From assembly GCA_039030615.1 (NCBI GenBank), contig JBCCDV010000010.1, forward strand, positions 55,612-119,611: a DNA stretch of 64,000 nt. The letters run 5' to 3'. The notes beneath the pieces are model-generated. The model saw nothing but the letters and a program-made list of their open reading frames with translations, was not told where the DNA came from and did no database searches. The DNA is from Pseudomonadota bacterium. Its GTDB lineage: Bacteria; Pseudomonadota; Alphaproteobacteria; Rhodobacterales; Rhodobacteraceae. The position numbers and the translations under genes are program-made. Positions within the stretch are counted from its first letter, which is position 1. Each line of letters starts with the position of its first letter. Shown one piece after another: positions 29,079 through 39,272 of this stretch.

Positions 29079-30034
29079 AACGATCCCAACAGGTCGACCA
29101 AGGCTTCTTGAAGTTCCGCCGGACCTTCGATCTGCGGAATATGCCCAATATCGTCTAATATCAAAAGTTGGGAGCCGGGGATCAGAGCATGTAGCGCCTC
29201 GCCTTGGGCCAATGGGGTTGCAGTGTCCTCCCGCCCCCAAATGATCCCGGTTGGCAGCGCCAGATCTGCGTAGCGCGCCGGTACCATGCTCATAGCGTCT
29301 TTGGGTGGCACAAAAAGTGTTGGCAGCCAATGTGCGATGTTTTCTGTGGCCCCGATGACTTCAAAGGGTTGTTTCAGAATCTCTAGCACTTCGCCGTTGG
29401 CCGTGTCTTTTCGGTGCAGGAATTGCCGAAGTAGTGGTTTCAGCGCCAAAGGATTTGTGATCGTCGACGACACGGCAACTTCGCGCAACCACATCGGGCG
29501 CAGTAGCAATGGCAAGGTCTTCTCAGGATCAGCCTCTAAGCCAAGTGCACCATTGACGATAACGAGGCTCGTGAACCGCTCTTGTGTTCGCATTGCGGCT
29601 TCAACCGCAGCCCCAGCGCCGAAGGAATGTGCGACCAAATGTGGCTTGATTTCCATCGCGCGGGCCAGGGCGTCTATTCGTGCGGCTTGAGTCGTGCGGT
29701 TGTAATCATGCTTACTGTCGGGCTCGGAATATCCCATCGGGGGCATGTCAAAGCTGATCGCGCGGTACCCTGCATCGCCAAGCGCGCGACTTGTATCGTC
29801 CCAAAGCTCCGACCAGCCGACGGAGCCGTGAACCAATAGGACGGGAACACCATCAGAAGGCCCCGCTTCACGAACGTAAACTTCGCCCAAATCGGTGGCC
29901 ACAAACGAGCCACCTGGCGCAGGATCGCTAAAACGGTAGGTCCCTTCCCTTAAGAAAGTTGCACCTCGGAAACCCGCCGCCGCCACAACGACGATCAGGA
30001 CCAGACCAAGGAAAAGTTTGAAAATGAAACGCAT
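29075..30034 (-). CDS. Alpha/beta hydrolase with N-terminal membrane anchor
   Basis: LLVHG, nucleophile elbow AHSFG, GREDT (Asp), GHIPQIE (His). Confidence 0.85.
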   Translation of the reverse strand: MRFIFKLFLGLVLIVVVAAAGFRGATFLREGTYRFSDPAPGGSFVATDLGEVYVREAGPSDGVPVLLVHGSVGWSELWDDTSRALGDAGYRAISFDMPPMGYSEPDSKHDYNRTTQAARIDALARAMEIKPHLVAHSFGAGAAVEAAMRTQERFTSLVIVNGALGLEADPEKTLPLLLRPMWLREVAVSSTITNPLALKPLLRQFLHRKDTANGEVLEILKQPFEVIGATENIAHWLPTLFVPPKDAMSMVPARYADLALPTGIIWGREDTATPLAQGEALHALIPGSQLLILDDIGHIPQIEGPAELQEALVDLLGSF

Positions 30035-30062
30035 GCCGGCTCTCCCCAATGGCTAACTTGGC

Positions 30063-30091
30063 AAAAAAAAGCCCGGGCACAAGGCCCGGGC
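30063..30091 (-). terminator. Intrinsic terminator
   Basis: Minus strand GCCCGGGC-CTTGT-GCCCGGGC-TTTTTTTT. Confidence 0.85.
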
Positions 30092-30140
30092 AGTCCAACA
30101 GGGAGGTTGCTGCGCCATAACCCCGACGCAGCCAGGGGAT
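30063..30140 (-). ncRNA. SorX-like 3'UTR-derived sRNA, with its intrinsic terminator
   Basis: Sits in the 3'UTR of an OmpR-type regulator. Hairpin CAAC-CTCCCT-GTTG exposes an anti-SD loop, then GCCCGGGC-stem + U8. Position and architecture match SorX of Rhodobacter sphaeroides as I recall it. The 5' end is approximate. Confidence 0.6.
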
Positions 30141-30192
30141 CTCTTAGTCGATGAATGCGTTTGGACAGGTGCTGCCCATTTGCAAACAATCG

Positions 30193-30879
30193 CTACACAT
30201 TCAATCTATAGCCCCCAGATTCGGTCACAAGAAGGCGGGCATTTGACGGTTCTGGTTCTATTTTTTGACGAAGACGGTAAATATGTGTCTCCAATGTGTG
30301 CGTCGTCACACCGGCATTGTAGCCCCAGACCTCATGCAACAGCACATCGCGTGCCACGACACCATCGGTAGAGCGGTAAAGAAATTTTAGAATATTCGTC
30401 TCTTTTTCAGTCAAACGAATTTTCTTTTCATCCTCGGTGAGAAGCATCTTCATCGCGGGCTTGAAGGTATATGGGCCCAGCTGGAATACGGCATCCTCAG
30501 ATTGCTCATGTTGCCGCAATTGGGCACGGATACGCGCCAGCAAGACCGGGAACTTGAACGGCTTCGTGACATAGTCATTTGCGCCCGCATCGAGACCAAG
30601 GATTGTGTCAGCGTCGCTGTCATGACCTGTAAGCATCAGAACCGGGCATTTCACGCCTTGTTTACGCATCAGGCGACACAGCTCACGCCCGTCTGTGTCA
30701 GGCAAGCCCACGTCCAGAACCACCAAGTCGTAGATAGCTTCCTTGGCTTTCTCCATGGCATCCGTGCCGTTGGCTGCTTCGAAGACGTCAAAGTCCTCAG
30801 TCATAACCAGTTGATCTGAAAGGGCTTCGCGCAGGTCATCGTCATCATCGACGAGCAGGATTTTCTTTAGGTTTGCCAT
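30193..30879 (-). CDS. OmpR-family response regulator
   Basis: ILLVDDD, VLDVGLP (phospho-Asp), DYVTKPF, wHTH LETHIYRLRQKIE. Start after GGAGGA. Confidence 0.93.
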   Translation of the reverse strand: MANLKKILLVDDDDDLREALSDQLVMTEDFDVFEAANGTDAMEKAKEAIYDLVVLDVGLPDTDGRELCRLMRKQGVKCPVLMLTGHDSDADTILGLDAGANDYVTKPFKFPVLLARIRAQLRQHEQSEDAVFQLGPYTFKPAMKMLLTEDEKKIRLTEKETNILKFLYRSTDGVVARDVLLHEVWGYNAGVTTHTLETHIYRLRQKIEPEPSNARLLVTESGGYRLNV

Positions 30880-31039
30880 GTTTGGTCCTCCTTGGTTGGG
30901 ACGAACATCTTCAAAAGTTACCACACGGACAACTCACGCGCCCGTTATGTCACGCCGACGTGTGGTTGCGCGGTCAATTGTTTCAAATTCTGTCACTTCC
31001 GCGTATTGAGAACGGAGAATTGTTACAAATCCGGTCGAT

Positions 31040-32110
31040 ATGAGCCTTCTGCCCACCACAACTGAATTGCTTGCGCGCGCCCGTGCGGACCTTCGCATGG
31101 GGGTTCCCATTGTGCTGGGTGACCGGCTGGTTTTGGCGGTTGAGACGGTCAGCGAGGCGCGCATTGCCGTCCTTCGCGCTGCGGGGAGACCCTTGTCGCT
31201 GGCAATCACGGCGTGGCGGGCGCAAACGCTCAAAGCGCGCGTCTATGACGGCGATGTGGCTCGGATCACGGTACCTGAGGATGCCCCTTTGTCCTGGATG
31301 CGGTCGGTCGCGGACCCCGCTGATGATCTGAATACACCGCTTAAGGGCCCGCTCAAAAGCCAGCGTGACGGGAGCTCTGATATTGAGAAAACCGCGATTG
31401 CGCTGACAAAGACCGCGCAGCTATTGCCATCAGTTCTCTCAACCCCGTGTTGGCCCGAGCTTGATACGCGCGCTTTTACCAAGATTCACCCGTACGCCGC
31501 TCAGGAGGCACTCGCCACGGCGGGGCAACTGGCCCCGGTTGTGGCTGCAAATCTGCCTTTAGAAGTGTCCGAGGCCGGGCGCTTGCATGTTTTCCGCCCA
31601 GAAGATGGTGGGGAGGAGCATTATGCGATTGAGATCGGCCGCCCAAGCCGGTCGGCCCCCGTTTTAACCCGCTTGCATTCGGCTTGTTTCACCGGCGATG
31701 TTCTGGGCTCACTCAAATGCGATTGCGGTCCGCAGCTTCGCGGCGCGTTGGCCCAGATGGGAACTGAAGGCGAAGGCGTGCTGCTATACCTCAACCAAGA
31801 GGGGCGCGGCATCGGGCTTGCCAACAAAATGCGTGCTTACTTTCTGCAGAACCAGGGATTCGACACGGTCGAAGCGAACCATCGCTTGGGGTTTGAAGAT
31901 GATGAGCGCGATTTTCGTATTGGCGCCGCGCTTTTGCGTTCGATGGGGTTCAGCCAGATCAGGTTAATGACCAACAATCCACGCAAGGTTGAGATGCTCA
32001 ACAGTTGTGGGATGGAGGTTGTCGAACGCGTGCCGCTCAAAGTTGGCGAAAGCCGGTTCAACCGTGACTACCTGGCTACAAAGGCCGAAAAATCGGGCCA
32101 CCTACTGTGA
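31040..32110 (+). CDS. ribA: GTP cyclohydrolase II with N-terminal extension
   Basis: RLHSACFTGD, CDCG, QEGRGIGL.NK, DERDF, TNNP. Confidence 0.92.
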   Translation: MSLLPTTTELLARARADLRMGVPIVLGDRLVLAVETVSEARIAVLRAAGRPLSLAITAWRAQTLKARVYDGDVARITVPEDAPLSWMRSVADPADDLNTPLKGPLKSQRDGSSDIEKTAIALTKTAQLLPSVLSTPCWPELDTRAFTKIHPYAAQEALATAGQLAPVVAANLPLEVSEAGRLHVFRPEDGGEEHYAIEIGRPSRSAPVLTRLHSACFTGDVLGSLKCDCGPQLRGALAQMGTEGEGVLLYLNQEGRGIGLANKMRAYFLQNQGFDTVEANHRLGFEDDERDFRIGAALLRSMGFSQIRLMTNNPRKVEMLNSCGMEVVERVPLKVGESRFNRDYLATKAEKSGHLL

Positions 32111-32604
32111 CACCCTTTGATTTGGTCGTCTCGAGATGGGGGTGCCGCTTCATGGGCCGCAGTTTCCCCTGCAGCATTGGCAAGGGTGGCTTGAAAGTTC
32201 ACAAGAGAGAGGGCGACGGAGCCACGCCAATTGGCACACACCGCATTGTCGGAATGTTGTACCGGCCTGATCGTATGTCGCGCCCGGCCGATTGGGCGCT
32301 CCCAATTGGGCCATGCGATTTATGGTCGGACGACGCGGACCACGAAGACTACAATCTCATGGTACGCGCCCCTTATCCGCATAGCCATGAACGGCTGTCG
32401 CGCACTGATCCGCTTTATGACCTTGTTATGCTGACCGATTGGAACTGGCCTTCCGCAATTAAAGGCCGCGGATCTGCAATTTTCATCCATGCTTGGCGCA
32501 AGCCACGGCATCCTACCGAAGGCTGCGTCGCATTCAGACCCGACCATCTGCGTTGGATCGCAGCCCGCGTCCGTCATCAGACCCAGCTGATCATTCAGCC
32601 ATAG
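32107..32604 (+). CDS. L,D-transpeptidase (YkuD) family protein
   Basis: EGDGATP, IFIHAW...PTEGCVA catalytic His/Cys. GTG start overlaps the ribA stop. Confidence 0.85.
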   Translation: MTPFDLVVSRWGCRFMGRSFPCSIGKGGLKVHKREGDGATPIGTHRIVGMLYRPDRMSRPADWALPIGPCDLWSDDADHEDYNLMVRAPYPHSHERLSRTDPLYDLVMLTDWNWPSAIKGRGSAIFIHAWRKPRHPTEGCVAFRPDHLRWIAARVRHQTQLIIQP

Positions 32605-33248
32605 TCACGCGCCCCGAAAATGGCCGATCCAACCCGAATATGGGTCGCGCCCTGCGCAATCGCGCGCTCGAAATCGCCACTCATGCCCATGCTCAGACCT
32701 TCAAGCCTGTTTCGCTTCGCGATTTTGGCCAAAAGTGCGAAATGGAGGCTTGGTTCTTCGTCCGCCGGAGGGATGCACATCAGGCCAATCAAGGGCAAGC
32801 CTAGCTCCCGACACTCTGCGATAAAGGCGTCCGCCTCCTCGGGAATGACACCTGCCTTTTGCTCTTCCTTGCCAGTGTTTACCTGAATGAAAAGTTTAGG
32901 GCATTGTCCCAACTCCTCGCTCAATGCGGCCAGCTTGCGAGCAAGTTTTGGGCGGTCAAGGCTGTGTATGACGTCAAACAGCTCCATCGCCTGTTTGGTC
33001 TTGTTTGTTTGCAGGGGTCCCAAAAGGTGAAGCTCAACACCGTCGAATTGTTCTTTGAAGTCAGGCCACTTTCCAGCGGCTTCCTGCACTTTATTCTCGC
33101 CGAACACCCTGTGGCCTTGCTGTAGGACAGCTTCCACCCGCTCATTTGGTTGAACCTTGGAGACAGCAATCAGGGTGGTCCCTCCGGATGCGCGCCCGAC
33201 CCGTTCCTCTTCAGCTTGAACTTTGGCGATGATCTCAGGCAATGACAT
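32595..33248 (-). CDS. yggS: YggS/PROSC PLP homeostasis protein
   Basis: AVSKVQP (PLP Lys), FGENKVQEA, LQTNK, LSMGMSGD, RVGSAIFG. Confidence 0.92.
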   Translation of the reverse strand: MSLPEIIAKVQAEEERVGRASGGTTLIAVSKVQPNERVEAVLQQGHRVFGENKVQEAAGKWPDFKEQFDGVELHLLGPLQTNKTKQAMELFDVIHSLDRPKLARKLAALSEELGQCPKLFIQVNTGKEEQKAGVIPEEADAFIAECRELGLPLIGLMCIPPADEEPSLHFALLAKIAKRNRLEGLSMGMSGDFERAIAQGATHIRVGSAIFGARDYG

Positions 33249-33299
33249 GTGCCGCGCGCTCCGTGGTTTCGATGCTCTTTGCTCAACACATCTCCACAC

Positions 33300-33330
33300 A
33301 AAAGAAAAGAGCGGGCGCAAGGCCCGCTCT
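33300..33330 (-). terminator. Intrinsic terminator of the porin gene
   Basis: Minus strand AGAGCGGGC-CTTGC-GCCCGCTCT-TTTCTTTT. Confidence 0.75.
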
Positions 33331-33360
33331 CTCTATATGTCTTCTCTAGGAAGGCTAAGC

Positions 33361-34386
33361 TTAGAAGCTCAGGCCCAGACCCAGGGAGAAGGTGTCAACG
33401 TCAGTTGCCGCATCGGTGTCGTCGGAACGATAGCCGAAGTGTACAACTGCACCGCCACCCAGATCGTACGCTGCTGCCAAGCCGAAACCTGCTACATCAG
33501 TGTTATCGTCGAGCTCGATTTCACCGTAGTTGGCGTGTACGGAGAATGCACCGGTCGTGTAACCGATACCGACACCGATATTGCTGTCTGGCCCACCGTC
33601 AGCGAGATTGTTGCCGTCATCCCAGTCTGCGTAAACTACGCCAACGGAAAGGCCGCTTGCGAGAGTTGCAGTCGCGGACACACCAGTTGCCGAAGCGTTT
33701 TCACCGGTAGCACCAGCTGCAAGTACGCCAGCTTCTTGGTGACCAAGACCCAGAGCGATAGTAGTACCGCCAAGATCGATGTTGTACTTCAGACCGATAG
33801 CGTAACCTACGTCACCAGTGCCATTGTCGTCATCGACGGAGATAGCGACACCGAAGTCGCCGGCAGTGTAATCCCAACGCAGGATTTGACCGTCAGCAGT
33901 ACCGTCCAGGTAGGAACCAACGTAACCAGCATGCGAAGTTTCATCATCCGCGATGGAGCCTGGGTTGCCCACGTTACCAGCTTCAGTCAGAGCCCAGTCC
34001 AGAGCGCCGTCTGTGTCGCCCATTGTGACTGTGCCGAACGAACCTTTGATGAAGATGGTTGCGCCACCGTCGTTCGTGTTGTCGCCCATAGCGCCGTTTG
34101 TGGAGAAGATGTCGTCAGCAGTACCGACAACGCCGTCAAGACCAGCGTCGAAGCCGACACCAGAACCAGACTCGTCCAGGTCAACGGACGCGCCGAATTC
34201 CAGGCCGCCGTCTGTTTCACCGGTCATTGTGAATGTAGCGTCGATGTCTGTGAAGAATTCAACAGAACGGCCATCGATGCCTTGGTCGAAGATACCCATC
34301 TCGGCGCGGCCGGAGAGTTCGACATCAGCTACTGCGGCGCCGGTGAAGGCAACCAGGGCAGTAGATGCGAAGAGAACTTTTTTCAT
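33361..34386 (-). CDS. Rhodobacter-type general porin
   Basis: MKKVLFASTALVA signal peptide, alternating beta-strand pattern, AYDLGGGA, C-terminal Phe (GLGLSF). Confidence 0.93.
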   Translation of the reverse strand: MKKVLFASTALVAFTGAAVADVELSGRAEMGIFDQGIDGRSVEFFTDIDATFTMTGETDGGLEFGASVDLDESGSGVGFDAGLDGVVGTADDIFSTNGAMGDNTNDGGATIFIKGSFGTVTMGDTDGALDWALTEAGNVGNPGSIADDETSHAGYVGSYLDGTADGQILRWDYTAGDFGVAISVDDDNGTGDVGYAIGLKYNIDLGGTTIALGLGHQEAGVLAAGATGENASATGVSATATLASGLSVGVVYADWDDGNNLADGGPDSNIGVGIGYTTGAFSVHANYGEIELDDNTDVAGFGLAAAYDLGGGAVVHFGYRSDDTDAATDVDTFSLGLGLSF

Positions 34387-34644
34387 CGTTTTCCCTCGAA
34401 GGTTATTATTAAAAAGCACCTCAATTCAGGGAATCCGAACTGAGTTGCATCCTATTTCTGCCCATCGACGCGCGTTTGCAAGATTCACACGGGGGTCAAT
34501 TCTATCTCCCCGATGAACTGGTGCGCCTTTGCCACACACCCCCGCGGCACCAAATGCAGGCGAGATGCAGCACATATTTCTTGTGACGCCGCTTGAGGTC
34601 CGATAAGACTTCCCAAAGCCTATATAATAAAGGGTACGGGCACG

Positions 34645-35178
34645 ATGTCAGCCGTAAAACCACTCTCTCGCCTCTGCGCGCTTGCCTGCATTCTTACGCT
34701 TGTTGGCTGCGGTAGCTTCAACTTTAGCGGTCCATTTAGCGGCGGTGGCGACAGGGCACAACAAGGCGGGACCGATGAAGAATTTGTCCGAACTTTTGAC
34801 AGCCCTGCCCGACAAGCGGCGGCTGAGCGTGGCGATTCCATTTTTGACCTTTTCCAGAATCGCGACGACCCAAACGTCACCTTGCGCGTCAACAAATACC
34901 TCTGGAACGCGTCGCTTGATGTATTGAACTTCATGCCCGTGCAACGCGCCGATCCCTTTACCGGGACTATTTCAACCGGCTACGGTCGCCCAGCAGGTGG
35001 CAGCCGCGCGTATCGGGCCACAATCTACATCACCGACCCTGCGCTTGATGCCCGCTCGCTGCGTGTTGCTTTGCAAGGGCAGAATGGCGCCGCCGTCAGC
35101 GCTGAAACTGTGCGGGCGATTGAAGACGCGATCCTATCGCGCGCGCGCCAACTCCGCATTCGCGACACCAAACTCTAG
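34645..35178 (+). CDS. DUF3576-like lipoprotein
   Basis: Lipobox LVGC, VNKYLWNASLDVLNFMP, ADPFTGTI.TG. Typical position upstream of leuS. Confidence 0.75.
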   Translation: MSAVKPLSRLCALACILTLVGCGSFNFSGPFSGGGDRAQQGGTDEEFVRTFDSPARQAAAERGDSIFDLFQNRDDPNVTLRVNKYLWNASLDVLNFMPVQRADPFTGTISTGYGRPAGGSRAYRATIYITDPALDARSLRVALQGQNGAAVSAETVRAIEDAILSRARQLRIRDTKL

Positions 35179-35207
35179 ACCCCGCGTCGATCCGCACATA
35201 ATAAAGC

Positions 35208-35232
35208 GCCGGGTGTCTCGCCCGGCCTTTTT
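35208..35232 (+). terminator. Putative intrinsic terminator between the lipoprotein gene and leuS
   Basis: GCCGGG-TGTCTCG-CCCGGC-C-TTTTT. Confidence 0.5.
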
Positions 35233-35250
35233 CGTCTCACGAGGAATTCC

Positions 35251-37782
35251 ATGTCCCGCTACAACGCCCGCACCGTCGAACCCAAATGGCAAAAGGCCTG
35301 GGACGAGGCTGAGACCTTCTTAGCCAAACGCGACCCGTCCAAGCCCAAATACTATGTGCTTGAGATGTTCCCCTACCCGTCGGGCCGCATTCATATCGGG
35401 CATGTACGCAACTACACGATGGGCGATGTGATCGCGCGCTACAAATCCTCTTGCGGTTTTTCCGTTCTACATCCGATGGGCTGGGACGCGTTCGGTATGC
35501 CCGCTGAAAATGCAGCTATGGCGATTGGCGGCCACCCCAAAACGTGGACCTATGACAACATCGCGGCGATGCGTGGCCAGATGAAGCCGCTGGGCTTGTC
35601 GATTGACTGGACCCGCGAATTTGCGACCTGCGACCCGGAATATTATGGCCAGCAGCAGGCCCTGTTCCTCGATATGCTCGACGCCGATCTTGTCTACCGC
35701 AAGAACGCGATGGTTAATTGGGACCCGGTCGATATGACCGTGCTGGCCAACGAGCAGGTGATCGATGGCAAGGGCTGGCGCTCAGATGCTCCGGTGGAAC
35801 GCCGCGAGCTCACGCAATGGTTCTTCAACATATCCTCCATGGCGGAAGAGCTTTTAGAGGCCATTGACGGGCTCGACAATTGGCCCGCCAAGGTCAAGCT
35901 GATGCAATCCAACTGGATTGGCAAATCGCGCGGCATCGAGATCCCGTTCCAACGCATCGATGGCGGAGAGGCGATCAATTGCTACTCAACGCGCCCTGAC
36001 ACAATGCGTGGCGCAAGCTTTATCGCGATCTCACCGGAGCATCCTGTCTCGCGCGCTTTGGCCGAGGGAAACCCAGAGCTGACAGCCTTCATTGAAGAAT
36101 GCCGCAAGATGGACACCACCGAGGCCGCGATGGAAAAGGCCGAGAAAAAGGGCATCGATACCGGGCTCACCGTCAAACACCCGATCTATGACGGCGTCGA
36201 GCTGCCCGTCTGGGTCGGCAATTTCGTTTTAATGGATTACGGCACTGGCGCGGTCTTTGGCTGCCCGGCCCATGACCAGCGCGACCTTGATTTCGCGCGG
36301 AAATACGATCTGCCGGTACAAAATGCATTCTATATGCCCGGCGACGAGACTGAGGTAGCCAACGAAGCCTTGGTGCCGACGAAAACCGAGAACGTCGTTT
36401 ATATAGACCATTTTGCGGGCCTGTCTGAAAATACCAGCCAAGAAGGCATCGACGCCACAATCGACTATTTCGAGGCGAAGGGCCTAGGAACCGGCCAAAC
36501 CAAGTTCCGCCTGCGCGATTGGGGCCTGTCGCGGCAGCGCTATTGGGGCTGCCCGATTCCAGTTATCCATTGCGACAACTGCGGCGTGGTGCCGGAGAAG
36601 AAAGAAAACCTGCCGATTGTCTTGCCTGATGATGTCAGCTTCGACATCCCCGGCAACCCTTTGGATCGCCACCCAACCTGGCGCGATACGCCTTGTCCGA
36701 AATGCGGCAAACCCGCAAAGCGCGAAACCGACACGATGGACACGTTCGTCGATTCGTCTTGGTACTTCGCGCGCTTCACGGCGCCCCGTGCAAAAACGCC
36801 CACCGATATTGATGACGCCGATTATTGGATGAATGTCGATCAGTACATTGGCGGCATTGAGCACGCGATCCTGCATCTGCTTTATTCGCGCTTCTTTGCT
36901 CGCGCTATGGGCAAGACTGGCCACCTGCCCCAAGGCACGGAAGAGCCGTTCGACGCGCTCTTCACCCAAGGCATGGTCACCCACGCGATCTACCAAACGC
37001 GCGATGAAAAAGGCCGCCCCGTTTATCACCTGCCCGAGGACGTCGATGAGGCAAACGCCACATTGCGCGAGACCGGCCAGGCGGTTGAGGTCATCCCATC
37101 GGCCAAAATGTCGAAATCTAAGAAGAACGTCGTCGATCCGGTCGATATCATCGACCAATACGGGGCCGACACCGCGCGCTGGTTTGTGCTGAGTGATTCC
37201 CCCCCTGAACGCGACGTCGAATGGACCGCTGCAGGCGCCGAGGCCTCATGGAAGTTTTTAGGCCGCGTTTGGCGTCTCGCTGCCGAGCTTGGCGATGGCG
37301 ACGACGTCGACGAGGCGCTTGAACGCGAGACCGCGAAAGCGATCCACGACGTGAGTACGGGAATTGAGACCTTCGGCTTTAACAAGTCGGTCGCGCGTCT
37401 TTATGAATTCGCCAACGCAATCTCAAAATCTAAGGCCGGACCCGGCGCAAAACGCAAAGCCGTCACCGCGCTCGCACAACTCATGTCACCGATGACCCCA
37501 CATCTTTCCGAAGAGATCTGGCAGCATTTGGGTCATGAAGGTTTGATCGCGCAGGCCCCATGGCCGCAAGCAGACGAAAGCCTGCTCAAGGAAGACAGCG
37601 TGACACTGCCTATCCAAATCAACGGCAAGCGCCGGTCGGAAATTCAGGTTCCAGCCGATCTGCCGAAGGGAGAGGTTGAAAAGCTGGCCCTTGCCGACCA
37701 AGCTGTGATCAAGGCTTTGGACGGCGCAAGCCCGAAAAAGCTGATCGTGGTTCCGGGGCGCATCATCAATGTCGTTATCTAG
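35251..37782 (+). CDS. leuS: Leucine--tRNA ligase
   Basis: MFPYPSG..HIGH, editing domain [20 protein letters not shown]. Confidence 0.97.
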   Translation: MSRYNARTVEPKWQKAWDEAETFLAKRDPSKPKYYVLEMFPYPSGRIHIGHVRNYTMGDVIARYKSSCGFSVLHPMGWDAFGMPAENAAMAIGGHPKTWTYDNIAAMRGQMKPLGLSIDWTREFATCDPEYYGQQQALFLDMLDADLVYRKNAMVNWDPVDMTVLANEQVIDGKGWRSDAPVERRELTQWFFNISSMAEELLEAIDGLDNWPAKVKLMQSNWIGKSRGIEIPFQRIDGGEAINCYSTRPDTMRGASFIAISPEHPVSRALAEGNPELTAFIEECRKMDTTEAAMEKAEKKGIDTGLTVKHPIYDGVELPVWVGNFVLMDYGTGAVFGCPAHDQRDLDFARKYDLPVQNAFYMPGDETEVANEALVPTKTENVVYIDHFAGLSENTSQEGIDATIDYFEAKGLGTGQTKFRLRDWGLSRQRYWGCPIPVIHCDNCGVVPEKKENLPIVLPDDVSFDIPGNPLDRHPTWRDTPCPKCGKPAKRETDTMDTFVDSSWYFARFTAPRAKTPTDIDDADYWMNVDQYIGGIEHAILHLLYSRFFARAMGKTGHLPQGTEEPFDALFTQGMVTHAIYQTRDEKGRPVYHLPEDVDEANATLRETGQAVEVIPSAKMSKSKKNVVDPVDIIDQYGADTARWFVLSDSPPERDVEWTAAGAEASWKFLGRVWRLAAELGDGDDVDEALERETAKAIHDVSTGIETFGFNKSVARLYEFANAISKSKAGPGAKRKAVTALAQLMSPMTPHLSEEIWQHLGHEGLIAQAPWPQADESLLKEDSVTLPIQINGKRRSEIQVPADLPKGEVEKLALADQAVIKALDGASPKKLIVVPGRIINVVI

Positions 37783-38245
37783 ACGCACCGCTTTGCTAGG
37801 GCTCGCAGCGCTTTCGGCCTGCGGGTTCGAGCCTGTCTATGGTGAACGAGGTACGGCCTCTAATCTGCGCGGCGCAGTCAAACTCGACGATCCAGCCACA
37901 CGCAATATGTTCCTGCTAAATGAGCAGTTGGAGAGGCGATTGGGCCGCGCGCCTGACCCGCGATATGGGCTTACTGTGCGGCTCGAAATTGCAGAGGAAG
38001 GGCTTGCGATTTCCGGCACCAATGATATTGAGCGCTATAACGTTCTCGGAAAAGCCGACTTTGTTTTACGGGAAATAGCGACCAACAAACCAGTATTGAG
38101 CGATACGGTCAGCACATTCACCGCCTACTCCGCGTCTGAGCAACCCGTCGCAACGCTTGCGGCCGCGCGCGATGCCCAGCTGCGTCTTATGACAGCATTG
38201 GCCGACAAGATTGTATCAAAAATGCTGATCGCCGGGCCAGTTTGA
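37769..38245 (+). CDS. lptE: LPS assembly lipoprotein LptE
   Basis: [15 protein letters not shown] lipobox, located between leuS and holA. Confidence 0.85.
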   Translation: MSLSRRTALLGLAALSACGFEPVYGERGTASNLRGAVKLDDPATRNMFLLNEQLERRLGRAPDPRYGLTVRLEIAEEGLAISGTNDIERYNVLGKADFVLREIATNKPVLSDTVSTFTAYSASEQPVATLAAARDAQLRLMTALADKIVSKMLIAGPV

Positions 38246-38246
38246 T

Positions 38247-39269
38247 ATGAAACTAAACGCTCGAGACGCTCGCGCGTTTTTTGCCAAACCAGACCCTAAT
38301 AAAGCCGGTTTGCTAATTTACGGCCCCGACTCAATGCGGATCGCCCTGAAACGGCAAGAGGTGATCGCGAATCTTATCGGCCCAAATGGCGACGACGAGA
38401 TGCGCCTTACGCGCATCCCCGCGTCTGAATTACGCAAAGAACCAGCTCAACTTCTCGATGCTATCGCCGCACAAGGATTCTTTCCCGGACCGCGTGTGAC
38501 CTTTGTCGAGGAAGCGAATGATACCGTTATAAAGGGCGTTGAGACGGCTCTTGCCGAGTGGCGCGAAGGCGATGCGACCATTGTCGTCACCGCCGGTCAA
38601 CTCAAACCCACTTCAAAGCTGCGCAAGCTGTTCGAAGGGCATAAAAACGCTTTTGCGACGGCTGTTTATGCTGACCCACCCGACCGAAGCGAGATCGAGG
38701 CAGAGTTGCGAAAAGCTGGGGTCACCGAGATCAGCTCTGAGGCCATGTCCGATCTGCTTGATCTGGGTCGCGTTTTGGATCCCGGTGATTTTCGACAAAC
38801 GGTTGAGAAGCTAAGCCTCTACAAACTGAACGACCCGAGCCCCGCTAGCGCGGAAGATATTGCCAATTGCGCGCCTCTGGTGACAGAGGCCGCATTGGAC
38901 GATGCGCTTGATATCGTTGCTGAGGGCCGTTTCTCCGAAATCGGTGCGATCCTAACAAAGCTAGAGGGCCAAGGAATGCAACCGGTGCGACTGTGCATCG
39001 GGGCAAACCAACATTTTCGCAAGCTCTACACAGCCGCATCAGACCCCGGCGGGCCCGAAGCCGGACTTGCCCGTGCGCGGCCACCTGTCCCCTACATGCG
39101 CAAGGACCGACTAGCGCGGCAGGCGCGCGGATGGGGCGCTATGAAGCTGGAGCAGGCCCTGAAACTACTCGTTGATACCGATTTGCAGCTGCGTTCCTCC
39201 CAACCGCTCCCGCAAATGGCATTGATGGAACGCTCGCTGATCCGCCTCGCAATGATGGCAAGGAGCTGA
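38247..39269 (+). CDS. holA: DNA polymerase III subunit delta
   Basis: LLIYGPD N-terminus and leuS-lptE-holA synteny. Confidence 0.88.
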   Translation: MKLNARDARAFFAKPDPNKAGLLIYGPDSMRIALKRQEVIANLIGPNGDDEMRLTRIPASELRKEPAQLLDAIAAQGFFPGPRVTFVEEANDTVIKGVETALAEWREGDATIVVTAGQLKPTSKLRKLFEGHKNAFATAVYADPPDRSEIEAELRKAGVTEISSEAMSDLLDLGRVLDPGDFRQTVEKLSLYKLNDPSPASAEDIANCAPLVTEAALDDALDIVAEGRFSEIGAILTKLEGQGMQPVRLCIGANQHFRKLYTAASDPGGPEAGLARARPPVPYMRKDRLARQARGWGAMKLEQALKLLVDTDLQLRSSQPLPQMALMERSLIRLAMMARS

Positions 39270-39272
39270 ACA

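Noticed and set aside
33223-34443. 406-aa plus-strand ORF antisense to the porin
   Set aside because: It mirrors the porin codon-for-codon and has no recognisable motifs. This is the expected shadow of a highly expressed gene with strong codon bias.
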